Virus record (IMG/VR): IMGVR_UViG_3300033148_007360
Location: 1 to 64,000 of that record
Reading direction: 5' to 3' (one strand)
Source of the DNA: a virus
DNA: 64,000 bases
Made by a program: the position numbers and the translations under genes. The notes under the pieces were generated by a model. It worked only from the letters and a program-made list of their open reading frames with translations. It was not told where the DNA came from and ran no database searches. Of this stretch, positions 28,224-37,678 are shown piece after piece (the first letter of the stretch is position 1; each line of letters begins with the position of its first letter).

Positions 28224-29280
28224 TCAAATTCTTTACTAACTTATCCTTAAGAAACTTGTATGCTTCCTGATTTCCCCGTAGCCAATCTCCAACCTGAGAA
28301 TACCTCAACTTTACGGGTTCCTTCTCCCCCATTTCCCTCAAGTTGAAATGATACCACCCGCCCGACTGGGTTAAGTAAAGGTCGCCGTTAGAATCCTCAA
28401 GTTTCTGAACATACAGATTTTCTACAATCTCGTAGTATGGATCTATCCCATCCATGTACCTTATAGCAAGGCGCACATCCAACATCGGGCGAAATATCTT
28501 ATTTTTTACGGTTCTAGCAAGAGGGGTTATCCCCACCCTAGATTCGGGTGCTGAGGATAGCGCAAGCAAACCTCCACTTGTCAACTTAATCCGCACCGAA
28601 CTGTGATACTTGACCGCATCTCCAGTTCCGCTCGTGATCGGAGTTCCGGGACTACCTATCTTAGTAATAGCGTGATTCACTATCAGCACAACCGCCCTAC
28701 ACTCACGTGCCGCCTCGGTCAAAAACCTCATACCCTCACGCGTAATCCTCGGCACATCAGCTACACTGGCCTTAAACATCTCTTTGGACGAAGCAACTGC
28801 GGAGAGAGCATCCCAGACAACGACAACGGGAATATCCGGGAGGCGGGATCGTACGTTTCCCATCGTATCCAACAAGTTTTTAAACCCGTCCTCCACGGAA
28901 CTCGCCGTTTCATAAAGATGATATCTGTCATTATGCCCAGCCCTCTCCGCACGCTCCCCAGACCAGCCGGATTCCGAGTCAAGAAGAATACTCACCCCCT
29001 CCTTCTGAGCACTAATCATGGTATGCATCCCAAGAGTGCTCTTGCCCAGACTCGGAAGCCCGAAAATCTCCGTTATTCTCCCGGCGGGAAATCCTCCACC
29101 CTCCGCCTTACCGGACACTATCGCGTCCAAAAGCGGACTCCCAGAGGAAATCCAGTACGAAATCCGACTGGGGTTTCCGTCCGGGCCGTACTTTGCATGA
29201 CCGACCTGATCCGATACCGTCTTTAACGTCTTGTCACGACCTAGAACGGCTTCCTCCTTCTTACCCTTCTTACCACTCAT
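28195..29280 (-). CDS. RecA/UvsX recombinase
   Basis: GRITEIFGLPSLGKST, DSE, VWDA, KYHSSVRI, KNK. Confidence 0.93.
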   Translation of the reverse strand: MSGKKGKKEEAVLGRDKTLKTVSDQVGHAKYGPDGNPSRISYWISSGSPLLDAIVSGKAEGGGFPAGRITEIFGLPSLGKSTLGMHTMISAQKEGVSILLDSESGWSGERAERAGHNDRYHLYETASSVEDGFKNLLDTMGNVRSRLPDIPVVVVWDALSAVASSKEMFKASVADVPRITREGMRFLTEAARECRAVVLIVNHAITKIGSPGTPITSGTGDAVKYHSSVRIKLTSGGLLALSSAPESRVGITPLARTVKNKIFRPMLDVRLAIRYMDGIDPYYEIVENLYVQKLEDSNGDLYLTQSGGWYHFNLREMGEKEPVKLRYSQVGDWLRGNQEAYKFLKDKLVKNLIGAANAGNS

Positions 29281-30284
29281 GTTTTCCGGCTTTTCTCGAA
29301 CTCCATCTGGCAATCAAAATCATGCGGACAGGCAATGCACTCCCTAGAGGTGTAGTTGTACTTCACCCCGAAACATTCAGGTCGCTCAGTCACCTGATTC
29401 GGATTCTGCGGTGGCGGGATCTCTGAATCCGTAGTATTCGGGGGGGTCGTAGAAGGCCCCTCTTGTGAAGAAACCTCCTGACGACTGGGTGGCCGGTAAC
29501 CACCCGACCCCCCTTCTCGCTCCGCCTGTCCCCCGGCAGGCATGATCCCCCGCCTCAGATTTGCAGTCACTCCCTCTAAAACACTCAAATCATCCTGAGT
29601 GGGTTCTGGAAATATCTTGTCCAGTTGAGGAAGATTCGACAGCCACTCCTCTACAACTCCAAGATCGTCGTGAATGGGTCTCGGAGCCATCGGCAAGAGA
29701 TCAGTGCTGTATTTCACCTGTATAGGACTAGGCCCCGTTCTAAGCCTGAGAACCCGGACAGGTACCGCCTCCTTCGGGTTTGTTATGTTCCGCACACGGT
29801 CATCTTCCAACAGAGAGCGCAACGCGGAATATACTCCACGGGGCACTCGTAACACCTGTGGCCCTCGGTTCGGCTCCCAGTAGTCAATCACGTTACAATA
29901 CATCTGGTACCTTGCCGAGAACTGCTGATACTTCTTGGCCGTGTCCTCATCCAGTTCCTCTAAAAATTTGCACAAGGCGTCTGCATCACTTGCCCCCCGA
30001 CCCAACATCCGACCACAACGTATCTTTCCAGCCTCGCCAACTCCATAGTGAGTCCAAACCCTCCAGAATAACAACCCCTTCTCAGACCAGGGGGGAAGAA
30101 GCCAGAACGAATTATCCCCAGCATGGGAGTTGGCGCGCCTCTGCTCTTCAGTCGCCTCATTCCACGAGTAGAAGGTTATTTCACCTCCACCCGTCGGCGG
30201 AGCCAACTTGTCATCGAGTCGTAATTCCTCCTCTAGATTCTCCCTCGTGTACTCAACAAACCTCAACTCCTTGTCATTGTTCAT
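29277..30284 (-). CDS. gp32-like single-stranded DNA-binding protein
   Basis: LLPP, THY, LC, YCNVID, KYS pattern; position between UvsX and UvsY. Confidence 0.7.
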   Translation of the reverse strand: MNNDKELRFVEYTRENLEEELRLDDKLAPPTGGGEITFYSWNEATEEQRRANSHAGDNSFWLLPPWSEKGLLFWRVWTHYGVGEAGKIRCGRMLGRGASDADALCKFLEELDEDTAKKYQQFSARYQMYCNVIDYWEPNRGPQVLRVPRGVYSALRSLLEDDRVRNITNPKEAVPVRVLRLRTGPSPIQVKYSTDLLPMAPRPIHDDLGVVEEWLSNLPQLDKIFPEPTQDDLSVLEGVTANLRRGIMPAGGQAEREGGSGGYRPPSRQEVSSQEGPSTTPPNTTDSEIPPPQNPNQVTERPECFGVKYNYTSRECIACPHDFDCQMEFEKSRKT

Positions 30285-30735
30285 GGTCTACCTCCTTTCG
30301 GTATCGAATCTCCATGTTTTCCAACTTTATGTGGCGTTGGTCTACCAACTTTAAAAGCCTCCCGAAAAACTTGTCCAGAACTTTCAACCGTGAATGATAA
30401 TCCCTAAGCGTTTGGTACTCCGCATCCACCCCCACCATCGCCTTCCTGTCCGACTCTGTCAACCTCCTGTCTCCATCTTTCGCCGGGAGACTAAGCCACA
30501 ACTCATCTGACTTGGAGCTAAGTTCTTCCACGGCATCCACAAGTTTGTCTTGATATTTGGTATACAAATAGAGAGACAAAATTTCAAGTTCAGTCTGGCG
30601 CTCCCATTCTGTTATCAAGTCATCCCCCAGTGGAAGTTTCCCCAAGAACTGCATAATGCACTTCTCGTCGTCTCTTGTCAAAAGACCGGAAAGTTTGGAC
30701 GGCATGGACGAAAATAAATTGCTGCTTTCTGTCAT
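30274..30735 (-). CDS. UvsY-like recombination mediator
   Basis: Helical, LTESDRKAMVGVDAEY; synteny. Confidence 0.55.
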   Translation of the reverse strand: MTESSNLFSSMPSKLSGLLTRDDEKCIMQFLGKLPLGDDLITEWERQTELEILSLYLYTKYQDKLVDAVEELSSKSDELWLSLPAKDGDRRLTESDRKAMVGVDAEYQTLRDYHSRLKVLDKFFGRLLKLVDQRHIKLENMEIRYRKEVDHEQ

Positions 30736-30748
30736 GATACCTCCTGTT

Positions 30749-33643
30749 TTAACTAAAAATCGTTCTGAAAACTACTCTTCGGTTTTCCTTGCTGCCCCCT
30801 AATCCAAATTCATCCCCCTCTGGAACCACCTCGTACACGTTCTCAATCTCAATCCTAGGAGGATTCGCCCCCTCCTGTAACCGCCGCTTGTACTGATAAA
30901 AGTCCCCGATGTCACCATCCATCTCAATACTCCTCTTGTCGTAAGCCTTTACATCCATTACACCTCCCCAACTTGCACCCACCTCATGATCAGCCCTCAG
31001 TGGGACTCCACACATAAAATCGCAGACCTGCATGGCGTAATCAGTCATACACCTGTCAACCTGCGGAAGAACCATCATCAGTTCCCCCGGAGCGACGTCA
31101 ACCCCGATCTCATCATGGACATACACAATAATCTTGCTCTCCCAGCCTGCTGCCTTTCGTCTCCTGTTTAACTGGTTCAAAGCCAGCTGAGTAATATCTG
31201 ATGCTGGCCCCTGTATCTTGTAATTCACCGCCTGCCGCTTAGCCGCCTCCCTGTCACCCTTATTGCTGATAGGATACACCCTTCCGGTGGCACTGTAAAG
31301 TACCTCCCCACGGTCAATAGCAGCGTGCTGGGATTCGACATATTCCCTGATACCGGGAAACCAATCAAAGAACTTCCTGATAAACCCATTCGCCCTATCT
31401 TCGGATAACTTATACTGCTTTGCTATAGACGCCGCTTGCCTCCCGTATAAAACTCCAAACACAACAGTCTTAGCAATTCTCCTCTCCGAGGAAGTGACAA
31501 GTTCCTGTGATTTATTCAAAACCTCCGCCGCCAGGAGCCTGTGAACATCCTGCCCTTCAATAATCATCCCCCTGAGCGCCTCATCACGGCTTACCGCCGC
31601 TGCGACACACAACTCCAACTGAGCATAATCGGACTTCAAATACAGTCCGCCGGGAAACCTGCTCACAAACGCTTTCTTAGCAACACTCTTATTGGGAAGG
31701 GTATGAACACTCGGCCCCTCAGACAACGTTCTCCCTGTCGCCGCAGCACCCACCTTGTATGTTGTGTGAATAAACCCATCAGGCTGCACCGATCTGGGAA
31801 TTTTACGTATATAGCTAGTCAAGTGCTTCCTGATAAGCCTGTCGTTCAAGATAGCTTCAAGAACATCCTGTGCTACACGGGGGTCGCGGCTTCTGTTCAC
31901 CCATTCATCCTTTAACATCTCTATTGTATCCCTATCAGTCGAAGGACTCCCCTTGTCTGTCTTGGATAAAATCGGAAACTCCAGTATACCGTAAAGCAAA
32001 CGTATCACATCCTCCGTTGCTGAAAGGGACAACTCCCGTGACTCCCCGGCGATTTCCTTCAACCACTCACCCATCGTACGCCCATGAAATTCCATATTAA
32101 CTACACTCTGGCGAATTCGCTCCAACTCCTGAGTGAGTCTCGTATCTACATCCCTTAAAGACTTTACATCAACCGCTATACCGGCGAGTTCCATATCCAA
32201 CGTAGTATGAGACGCCTCGATCATCAACTCATTTAAAAACCACTCATTTACCCCACTATCCCGAAAACTGGAAGTAAGAGCATCCCTTAAAGGCCCCCAC
32301 GCCCTCATCACCGCATCAACATCCCTGGCGGAGTAATTGATGACGACATCCGCCGGTGCCTTCTCTATCGCATCCCCGTATGTCAAGTTCCGCTTTTCAT
32401 CCGTAATCTCCCTGTAAGCCGCCAGAAAATCATTCTTCAACCCGAACATCTTCCCATATCTCGCAGCTACCGACGAGAGATCGTTGCTCTCTGTCCCACC
32501 ACTTAACCACCTTGAAGCCAAAAGTGTATCAAATTTTATTCTAGGTACAACACCGAGATGAACCGCTGCCCATGCACAATCAAATTTGACATTATGCCCG
32601 ACTACCGGAACCTCACGAAGTAACCTTACAAGCTCCCCTTTAACATTTTCCAGTTCGCCCTCAATCCGTACAGGAGACTGCGCCCAGTCTAATGGAACAA
32701 CCCACGCCTGACCCTCGGATATCGAAAAGGACGCCAGCAGTATCCTCTCCCCCTCACCATATGGATTAAGGGATGTCGTCTCCAAGTCAAAAGCAACTCC
32801 CTCTATGGATCCATCATGATACTTGGCCAGTACACCATCCACCATGCGGGAAACATCCGCCAGCCTCGGAAGATATTGATAATTCACCAACTCCCTTTCT
32901 GGATTGACTATCTGCTTAGCATGTACCAAGTCCTCCAGAATCAAACCTCTATAGGAATCGTTCCCCCGCAAAACCGCCGCCGGGTGAATGGAAGGCAGCA
33001 CTTCCGGCACACCGTTCCTCAACCACTCAGATTCTTTATTAGAAAGTGCAAAATCAAAATTGTCGTGATTAAAGTAGCCTGGCCTCTGAAACCTGTATTT
33101 CCTCCCCCTACCCCTCACTATACCCGTAGTAGATGCTGTAAGTGCTCTGTAAGCCGTCGCCCCCAGAGGAAGGACGAGTCTCGGCTTGTAAAAAGCCAAC
33201 TCTGCCACCAAGAGACAAAAGCACCTTCTTATCGCTTCAATTGGAGGCTTTGTATTCACAATTTTTCCCCGAAACTCCCTATATAACCTATCGGGTGGTT
33301 CTTTTCTCTCCAGCCGACGACGTATATCCGACAGTGTCTCCGCAGAAACGGATTTTACAGGCATGCACCTGACTAAGTTCGTCAGCCTGACTTCACCCTC
33401 GTAATCGGTGCTTAGACCAGCCTCCTGAATAAGATTCCGAAGTAAGGAGCCAGCATTCCCGACAAAAACTCCACCAAACAGTACCTCTGCCAAGCCGGGA
33501 GCTTCGCCAACTATGACAATGCTGGGCATCTCGGAACCCATTGACTCCACACAATTAGTTGGAGACTGGGATCTGAGGGGGCAGTCCCTGCAAAGGTAAA
33601 GGCGGCGGAGTTCCTGTATCCTCTCTGCCAAACCGCTTTCCAT
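30749..33643 (-). CDS. Family A DNA polymerase with N-terminal uracil-DNA glycosylase and 3'-5' exonuclease domains
   Basis: UDG: CRDCPL, GEAPG, HPAAVLR; exonuclease: FDLET, HNVKFD, YSARD; PolA: DYAQLE, RRIAKTVVFGVLYG, VHDE. Confidence 0.95.
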   Translation of the reverse strand: MESGLAERIQELRRLYLCRDCPLRSQSPTNCVESMGSEMPSIVIVGEAPGLAEVLFGGVFVGNAGSLLRNLIQEAGLSTDYEGEVRLTNLVRCMPVKSVSAETLSDIRRRLERKEPPDRLYREFRGKIVNTKPPIEAIRRCFCLLVAELAFYKPRLVLPLGATAYRALTASTTGIVRGRGRKYRFQRPGYFNHDNFDFALSNKESEWLRNGVPEVLPSIHPAAVLRGNDSYRGLILEDLVHAKQIVNPERELVNYQYLPRLADVSRMVDGVLAKYHDGSIEGVAFDLETTSLNPYGEGERILLASFSISEGQAWVVPLDWAQSPVRIEGELENVKGELVRLLREVPVVGHNVKFDCAWAAVHLGVVPRIKFDTLLASRWLSGGTESNDLSSVAARYGKMFGLKNDFLAAYREITDEKRNLTYGDAIEKAPADVVINYSARDVDAVMRAWGPLRDALTSSFRDSGVNEWFLNELMIEASHTTLDMELAGIAVDVKSLRDVDTRLTQELERIRQSVVNMEFHGRTMGEWLKEIAGESRELSLSATEDVIRLLYGILEFPILSKTDKGSPSTDRDTIEMLKDEWVNRSRDPRVAQDVLEAILNDRLIRKHLTSYIRKIPRSVQPDGFIHTTYKVGAAATGRTLSEGPSVHTLPNKSVAKKAFVSRFPGGLYLKSDYAQLELCVAAAVSRDEALRGMIIEGQDVHRLLAAEVLNKSQELVTSSERRIAKTVVFGVLYGRQAASIAKQYKLSEDRANGFIRKFFDWFPGIREYVESQHAAIDRGEVLYSATGRVYPISNKGDREAAKRQAVNYKIQGPASDITQLALNQLNRRRKAAGWESKIIVYVHDEIGVDVAPGELMMVLPQVDRCMTDYAMQVCDFMCGVPLRADHEVGASWGGVMDVKAYDKRSIEMDGDIGDFYQYKRRLQEGANPPRIEIENVYEVVPEGDEFGLGGSKENRRVVFRTIFS

Positions 33644-33658
33644 GGCAGACCGCCAAAC

Positions 33659-34027
33659 CTATGGCTTTACAATCTCCGGCCCCGAACTCTCTGTAGCCGA
33701 AATCTCCGCCTTCAATCTCCCCAGAATGGGAGAATCGGGTGGGAGAGGCGATGTGAGCAGGATATGATCCTGATTCATTATAGGATTTCTTACCACCTCG
33801 AAAAGAATCACAAACTCCTGCTGGTTCTCGCTCTTTGGAAGCCTATCCACCAGAATCAAATATGGGAATTCTACAAAGCTCTTCCCATCCTTTACATTTG
33901 ACCGGTAGGGCATGGGCGATATGCAGAAAAACCCGTTCACAAGACGCACGTCGGAGAAAACCTCCCCTCTTTGCAGATCTTCAGCCAATTTGTCTCTCAT
34001 ACTTTCGTCAGGAACTATAACCGGCAT
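33659..34027 (-). CDS. Hypothetical protein
   Basis: SD-led ORF. Confidence 0.65.
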   Translation of the reverse strand: MPVIVPDESMRDKLAEDLQRGEVFSDVRLVNGFFCISPMPYRSNVKDGKSFVEFPYLILVDRLPKSENQQEFVILFEVVRNPIMNQDHILLTSPLPPDSPILGRLKAEISATESSGPEIVKP

Positions 34028-34049
34028 TCTCCTCTCCTTTCAATGTTCA

Positions 34050-34937
34050 TTACTTGTTTCTTATCCTTCTACGATACTCCCTCTGCACTTTCTTTACGTA
34101 CTCTTGAGTCTCCCTAATCCGGGGAACTCCTTGAAACTGTTCAACACGTACGGGGCCTGCGTTATAGGCGGCAAGTCCGTTAGTAAGCCCATATCTCCGT
34201 ATCAGCTCCGCAAGATAAGCCGTTCCAGCTCTTATATTCTCCCTCGGATTAAAGGGATCTTCAACGTTATACCTGTCTTGTACAACAGGCATCAGTTGCA
34301 TAAGACCTTTAGCACCCTTGTAAGAAACAGCATTGGGATTCCACCTAGATTCGATAGTGATGACGGCTCGGATGAGTTCAGGATCAACGTTGTATAAAGC
34401 AGCAACTTCGTCTATATACAAATCAACAGTATTCTCCTCGAACGCCTCCCCTTTCTTATTGACCGGATCAGGATTCTCGTTGCGGTTAAGAACACCAAAA
34501 TCATACCTTGCTTCACTATGAGATATAGCTGCGTTGACAGATGAACCGGACACCTCGGAAGTCTGGAACTGGTACCCTGCTGAATAGAATCCAAAGAATA
34601 TCAAGGAGATGAAAACACCTATAATACACCCCAATATGCCGCCAAGATCACGCTCCTGTATTGACCGGCCCACCACAGTTATTATCACGGACAGGCACAG
34701 AAACACAACCCACACAAAACCAGCCTCCTCCAAGTCCTGAAGGGTGACGGATCTTTCCAACCAAAATGCTGCATATAGCGAGACACCACAGCAATACGCC
34801 AGAGACAAAAGCCAGAACACGTAGTGAGCTGGATTGAATGCTTGCAATATGTTAGATAGCATACGCACTGGAGGAATGCCTATAGTGCTCTCTACGTAAT
34901 AATCAATTATCTCAACTGTACTCATTTTTTTAACCAT
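34050..34937 (-). CDS. Membrane-anchored lytic transglycosylase (SLT)
   Basis: Three N-terminal TMs; IES, GAKGLMQLMP, AAYNAG, ETQEYV. Confidence 0.92.
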   Translation of the reverse strand: MVKKMSTVEIIDYYVESTIGIPPVRMLSNILQAFNPAHYVFWLLSLAYCCGVSLYAAFWLERSVTLQDLEEAGFVWVVFLCLSVIITVVGRSIQERDLGGILGCIIGVFISLIFFGFYSAGYQFQTSEVSGSSVNAAISHSEARYDFGVLNRNENPDPVNKKGEAFEENTVDLYIDEVAALYNVDPELIRAVITIESRWNPNAVSYKGAKGLMQLMPVVQDRYNVEDPFNPRENIRAGTAYLAELIRRYGLTNGLAAYNAGPVRVEQFQGVPRIRETQEYVKKVQREYRRRIRNK

Positions 34938-35025
34938 CCCATCCTCCTGTTCTCACACAAATACCCTCTCTGTCTTAAACCTTGACAATTCTTTTCTACC
35001 CCTTCTTTCTTCCACTTTATCTCCC

Positions 35026-35054
35026 ATCATAACACATACTCTCTACCCCGTCAA
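35026..35054 (-). promoter_or_regulatory. sigma70-type promoter
   Basis: TTGACG-17-TATGAT with TGTG. Confidence 0.7.
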
Positions 35055-35285
35055 GTCCAGCCACTTGTTGCACAACCGCTCCCCTGCACTTTCTTCCCCC
35101 AGTTGCTTGAATCCTTGCGAAATCTTGAGAACGGTATCATATCTGGGAAATACTCTCCCCGATTCAATTCTTGAAAAAGACGGTTGAAGTAATCCACTAA
35201 GAACGGCAAGTTTGTTCTGGGAAACTCCGATCTTCGTTCTTTCCTCGCGGAGAAATTTCGAGAACTCCTGCTTTCTGTCTGCCAT
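35043..35285 (-). CDS. XRE-family HTH regulator
   Basis: LREER..GVSQNKLA...SRIESG..P. Confidence 0.88.
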   Translation of the reverse strand: MADRKQEFSKFLREERTKIGVSQNKLAVLSGLLQPSFSRIESGRVFPRYDTVLKISQGFKQLGEESAGERLCNKWLDLTG

Positions 35286-35397
35286 TTCAACTCACCTGCA
35301 TGATTAGTTTTGAAGGAAACGCCCCCTTCGAGCAAATTCAACAACCCCAAGGGGGCGTCGGTCTGGAGATGCTATCTCCAGGGGGGTTACTCGAATA

Positions 35398-35426
35398 AGA
35401 ATAACTCATTATTTTCGTGTTGTCAA
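35398..35426 (-). promoter_or_regulatory. sigma70-type promoter
   Basis: TTGACA-17-TATTCT. Confidence 0.7.
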
Positions 35427-35435
35427 CAGTGGACA

Positions 35436-35618
35436 TCAATCCCTGGGGATTTCGTATAGACCCACCAGTCCGAGAGCCAAAAAGCACGCCGAGAGGAAAA
35501 TGAGGAAAAAGTTGTAGTCAGGCAAGATGGAGAGTTGGTAAGCAACTAAAATCAGGAAAATTCCCAGAATTCCAAAGGACGCCCAACCGAAAAAACCGTA
35601 TTTTTTAAACTTTTTCAT
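35436..35618 (-). CDS. Small 2-TM membrane protein
   Basis: MKKFKK + two hydrophobic helices. Confidence 0.65.
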   Translation of the reverse strand: MKKFKKYGFFGWASFGILGIFLILVAYQLSILPDYNFFLIFLSACFLALGLVGLYEIPRD

Positions 35619-36657
35619 CGCCACCACCCTTTCTCCGTTTATGTTTTGCTCCTATAATATCTGCCCTCTCGTAAACTTCAAGAAGATTAAGAGGGTCGAA
35701 CTTTACTCTATCCTCTGCCAATTCCCGAAAAAAGTCTTCTCCCAACGAGGCAGGGTCTTCACCTTTGGGAAGTGGAAGAATATAGACACTTGCTCCAAGA
35801 GAATATAAAACTTGCGCCGCCCATATTGACTTCTCCAAAGCATCCCCGTCAAGAGATACAGTAATTTCTCTTGTTTTTTCCGCGAGTAGAAAAAGTTGTT
35901 TTTCAGTAGGTATTCCAAAGGTTGAAACAGCATCCAAACCTACCGCCATTGCAGAGATGGGCCCTTCAACCAGAAAACAATGTTTCGGGTTTACAGCATT
36001 ATCCTGATAGAGATGATTGATTCTGTCGCCGCCTGGTGCTGAAAAATACTTAGGTTCCCTGTAATTTTTGACATACGCGCGCGCACGCGCGTAATGGTAA
36101 TTAACTAATCTCCCTGTCCAGTACTTGACTTCCTTATTCTCTCCCCAACTTATGAAAATTACTCTCCCCCTTAAATCTTTTTCCACCTCTTCTCCGTTCT
36201 CCTTTTTCCACTTTACTTTACTTCCCTTGTATATTCCTCTCTCCTCTATTCTTTCCCTTCTTATCCCCCTCCCCAACAAATACAAATACTCCTCCTCCAG
36301 AAAATTTACTCTAGTTAAATCTTCCGGTAAAACAGGAGGAGATCCCTCCCCCCCTATAGTCCCCCCCTCCCTTATTGTCGAATTTGTGTTATATTCAAGA
36401 AACCGGGAGACATCAAAGCCAGGAGATTTTTCCAAAAGAGCCGTATCCTCGTAGGGAATGCCCAGCCTGCGGTGAAGGTTTCTTATCGTACCACCTACCT
36501 GCTCCCGCTGGCAGAACCAACCCCTCTCCGGGTGAACGTAGAGATGATACTTCGTATCCCCCTTGACACAGAAAGGACAATTGAACCGAAACTCCCCTGT
36601 TGTAGTTATCTTGGGAGTTCCAAGAACATCCACTACTCGATAGTCCAATTGTGGCAC
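35605..36657 (-). CDS. DnaG-type DNA primase
   Basis: CPFC zinc finger, GRVIF, WTGR, KY, LVEGPISA, LDGDA, EDP. Confidence 0.9.
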   Translation of the reverse strand: MPQLDYRVVDVLGTPKITTTGEFRFNCPFCVKGDTKYHLYVHPERGWFCQREQVGGTIRNLHRRLGIPYEDTALLEKSPGFDVSRFLEYNTNSTIREGGTIGGEGSPPVLPEDLTRVNFLEEEYLYLLGRGIRRERIEERGIYKGSKVKWKKENGEEVEKDLRGRVIFISWGENKEVKYWTGRLVNYHYARARAYVKNYREPKYFSAPGGDRINHLYQDNAVNPKHCFLVEGPISAMAVGLDAVSTFGIPTEKQLFLLAEKTREITVSLDGDALEKSIWAAQVLYSLGASVYILPLPKGEDPASLGEDFFRELAEDRVKFDPLNLLEVYERADIIGAKHKRRKGGGDEKV

Positions 36658-36690
36658 TGTGGAATTCCTTACTCCGTAGGTTTAAATATG

Positions 36691-36800
36691 CCTCTGTAAG
36701 CTTCACATTTTGATTCTGTGGCGTTTTCTTTTTCTTATAAGGGAAAACCACTAGAAAAAAATAAAAACGCCTTAGAATTGAAATATGGGCTTTCTGGGGG
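36691..36800. repeat. Dispersed ~110-bp imperfect palindrome, copy C
   Basis: cttcacattttgattctgtggcgtttt...aaaaacgccttagaattgaaatatgggc; right arm is the near-exact reverse complement of the copy A left arm. Confidence 0.88.
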
Positions 36801-36911
36801 CAATTTACACTCGCTGTATAATTCTAAATTACGCAAATTCATACCGCACATTATTTCTTCGCCTGCTCCAAGCATTCTTCACACCTAAGAAGCCAACCCG
36901 CCGTTTTTCCC

Positions 36912-37292
36912 TTACATTGCATCCCACTTTTCCAATTCTGTTTTAATCCTGTCCCGAACAGCAACAATGTGTTCTAATTTCAGTCTTCCTTTATAAGCTT
37001 TATGCTCTGCAATACCCCATTCCTTGCAACACACATATCCAGAGTCAAAGAGCGGGCATACTATTTTTATTATTTTAGTGGATATCACAAGACAGCCATC
37101 TTGAATTGATATATTACCACATTCACATCGCAAACGACAGAGTGGGCAAAAAGACGCTTGACAGTTGTCTGTAAACCACCCATTCTGCTCCTTTTTTATG
37201 GGATGGTTGTTCTCGAAATTAAAGACATTCTTTTCCCAATGTCTAAGTGATTCCTCCAGAGCCTCCCTAACTTTTCCAGCCATTTCTCTCAT
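36912..37292 (-). CDS. Cys-rich hypothetical protein
   Basis: SLRHW...CPLC...CPL...CC. Confidence 0.7.
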   Translation of the reverse strand: MREMAGKVREALEESLRHWEKNVFNFENNHPIKKEQNGWFTDNCQASFCPLCRLRCECGNISIQDGCLVISTKIIKIVCPLFDSGYVCCKEWGIAEHKAYKGRLKLEHIVAVRDRIKTELEKWDAM

Positions 37293-37453
37293 TTTCTAAC
37301 TCCTCTCACTGACGAAACCCACCCCTTTTCTTTGCACAAGTTTTCCTGCCGCATGAAATCTCAAGGCACAGTTTCATCTTTTTCATCCTCCCCTTATTCC
37401 CCCACTTGACATTCCTGCAGTGGTGGGAGCTATGCAGGTATTTATTACAGTGC

Positions 37454-37678
37454 TTATTCACCCTTTCGGCCCCTCGGTAAGGTTCGGCTCAAGATGATAT
37501 CGCCACCCAAAAGTTCACACCAAGTGGGAAAACTACCTTCTTCAAAATCCACCGGATAGTGTAAGTTCACACCATAAAACCCGCAGTAGCGCTTCTCAAA
37601 GGTTTTGGATTCCCCGATTTTGTGATTACAAGGGCAATTCAGGCAACTTTCGATCTCATACTTTTTGCTCATGTTCAT
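37454..37678 (-). CDS. Small Cys-rich protein
   Basis: CLNCP...C...PTWCEL. Confidence 0.65.
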   Translation of the reverse strand: MNMSKKYEIESCLNCPCNHKIGESKTFEKRYCGFYGVNLHYPVDFEEGSFPTWCELLGGDIILSRTLPRGRKGE

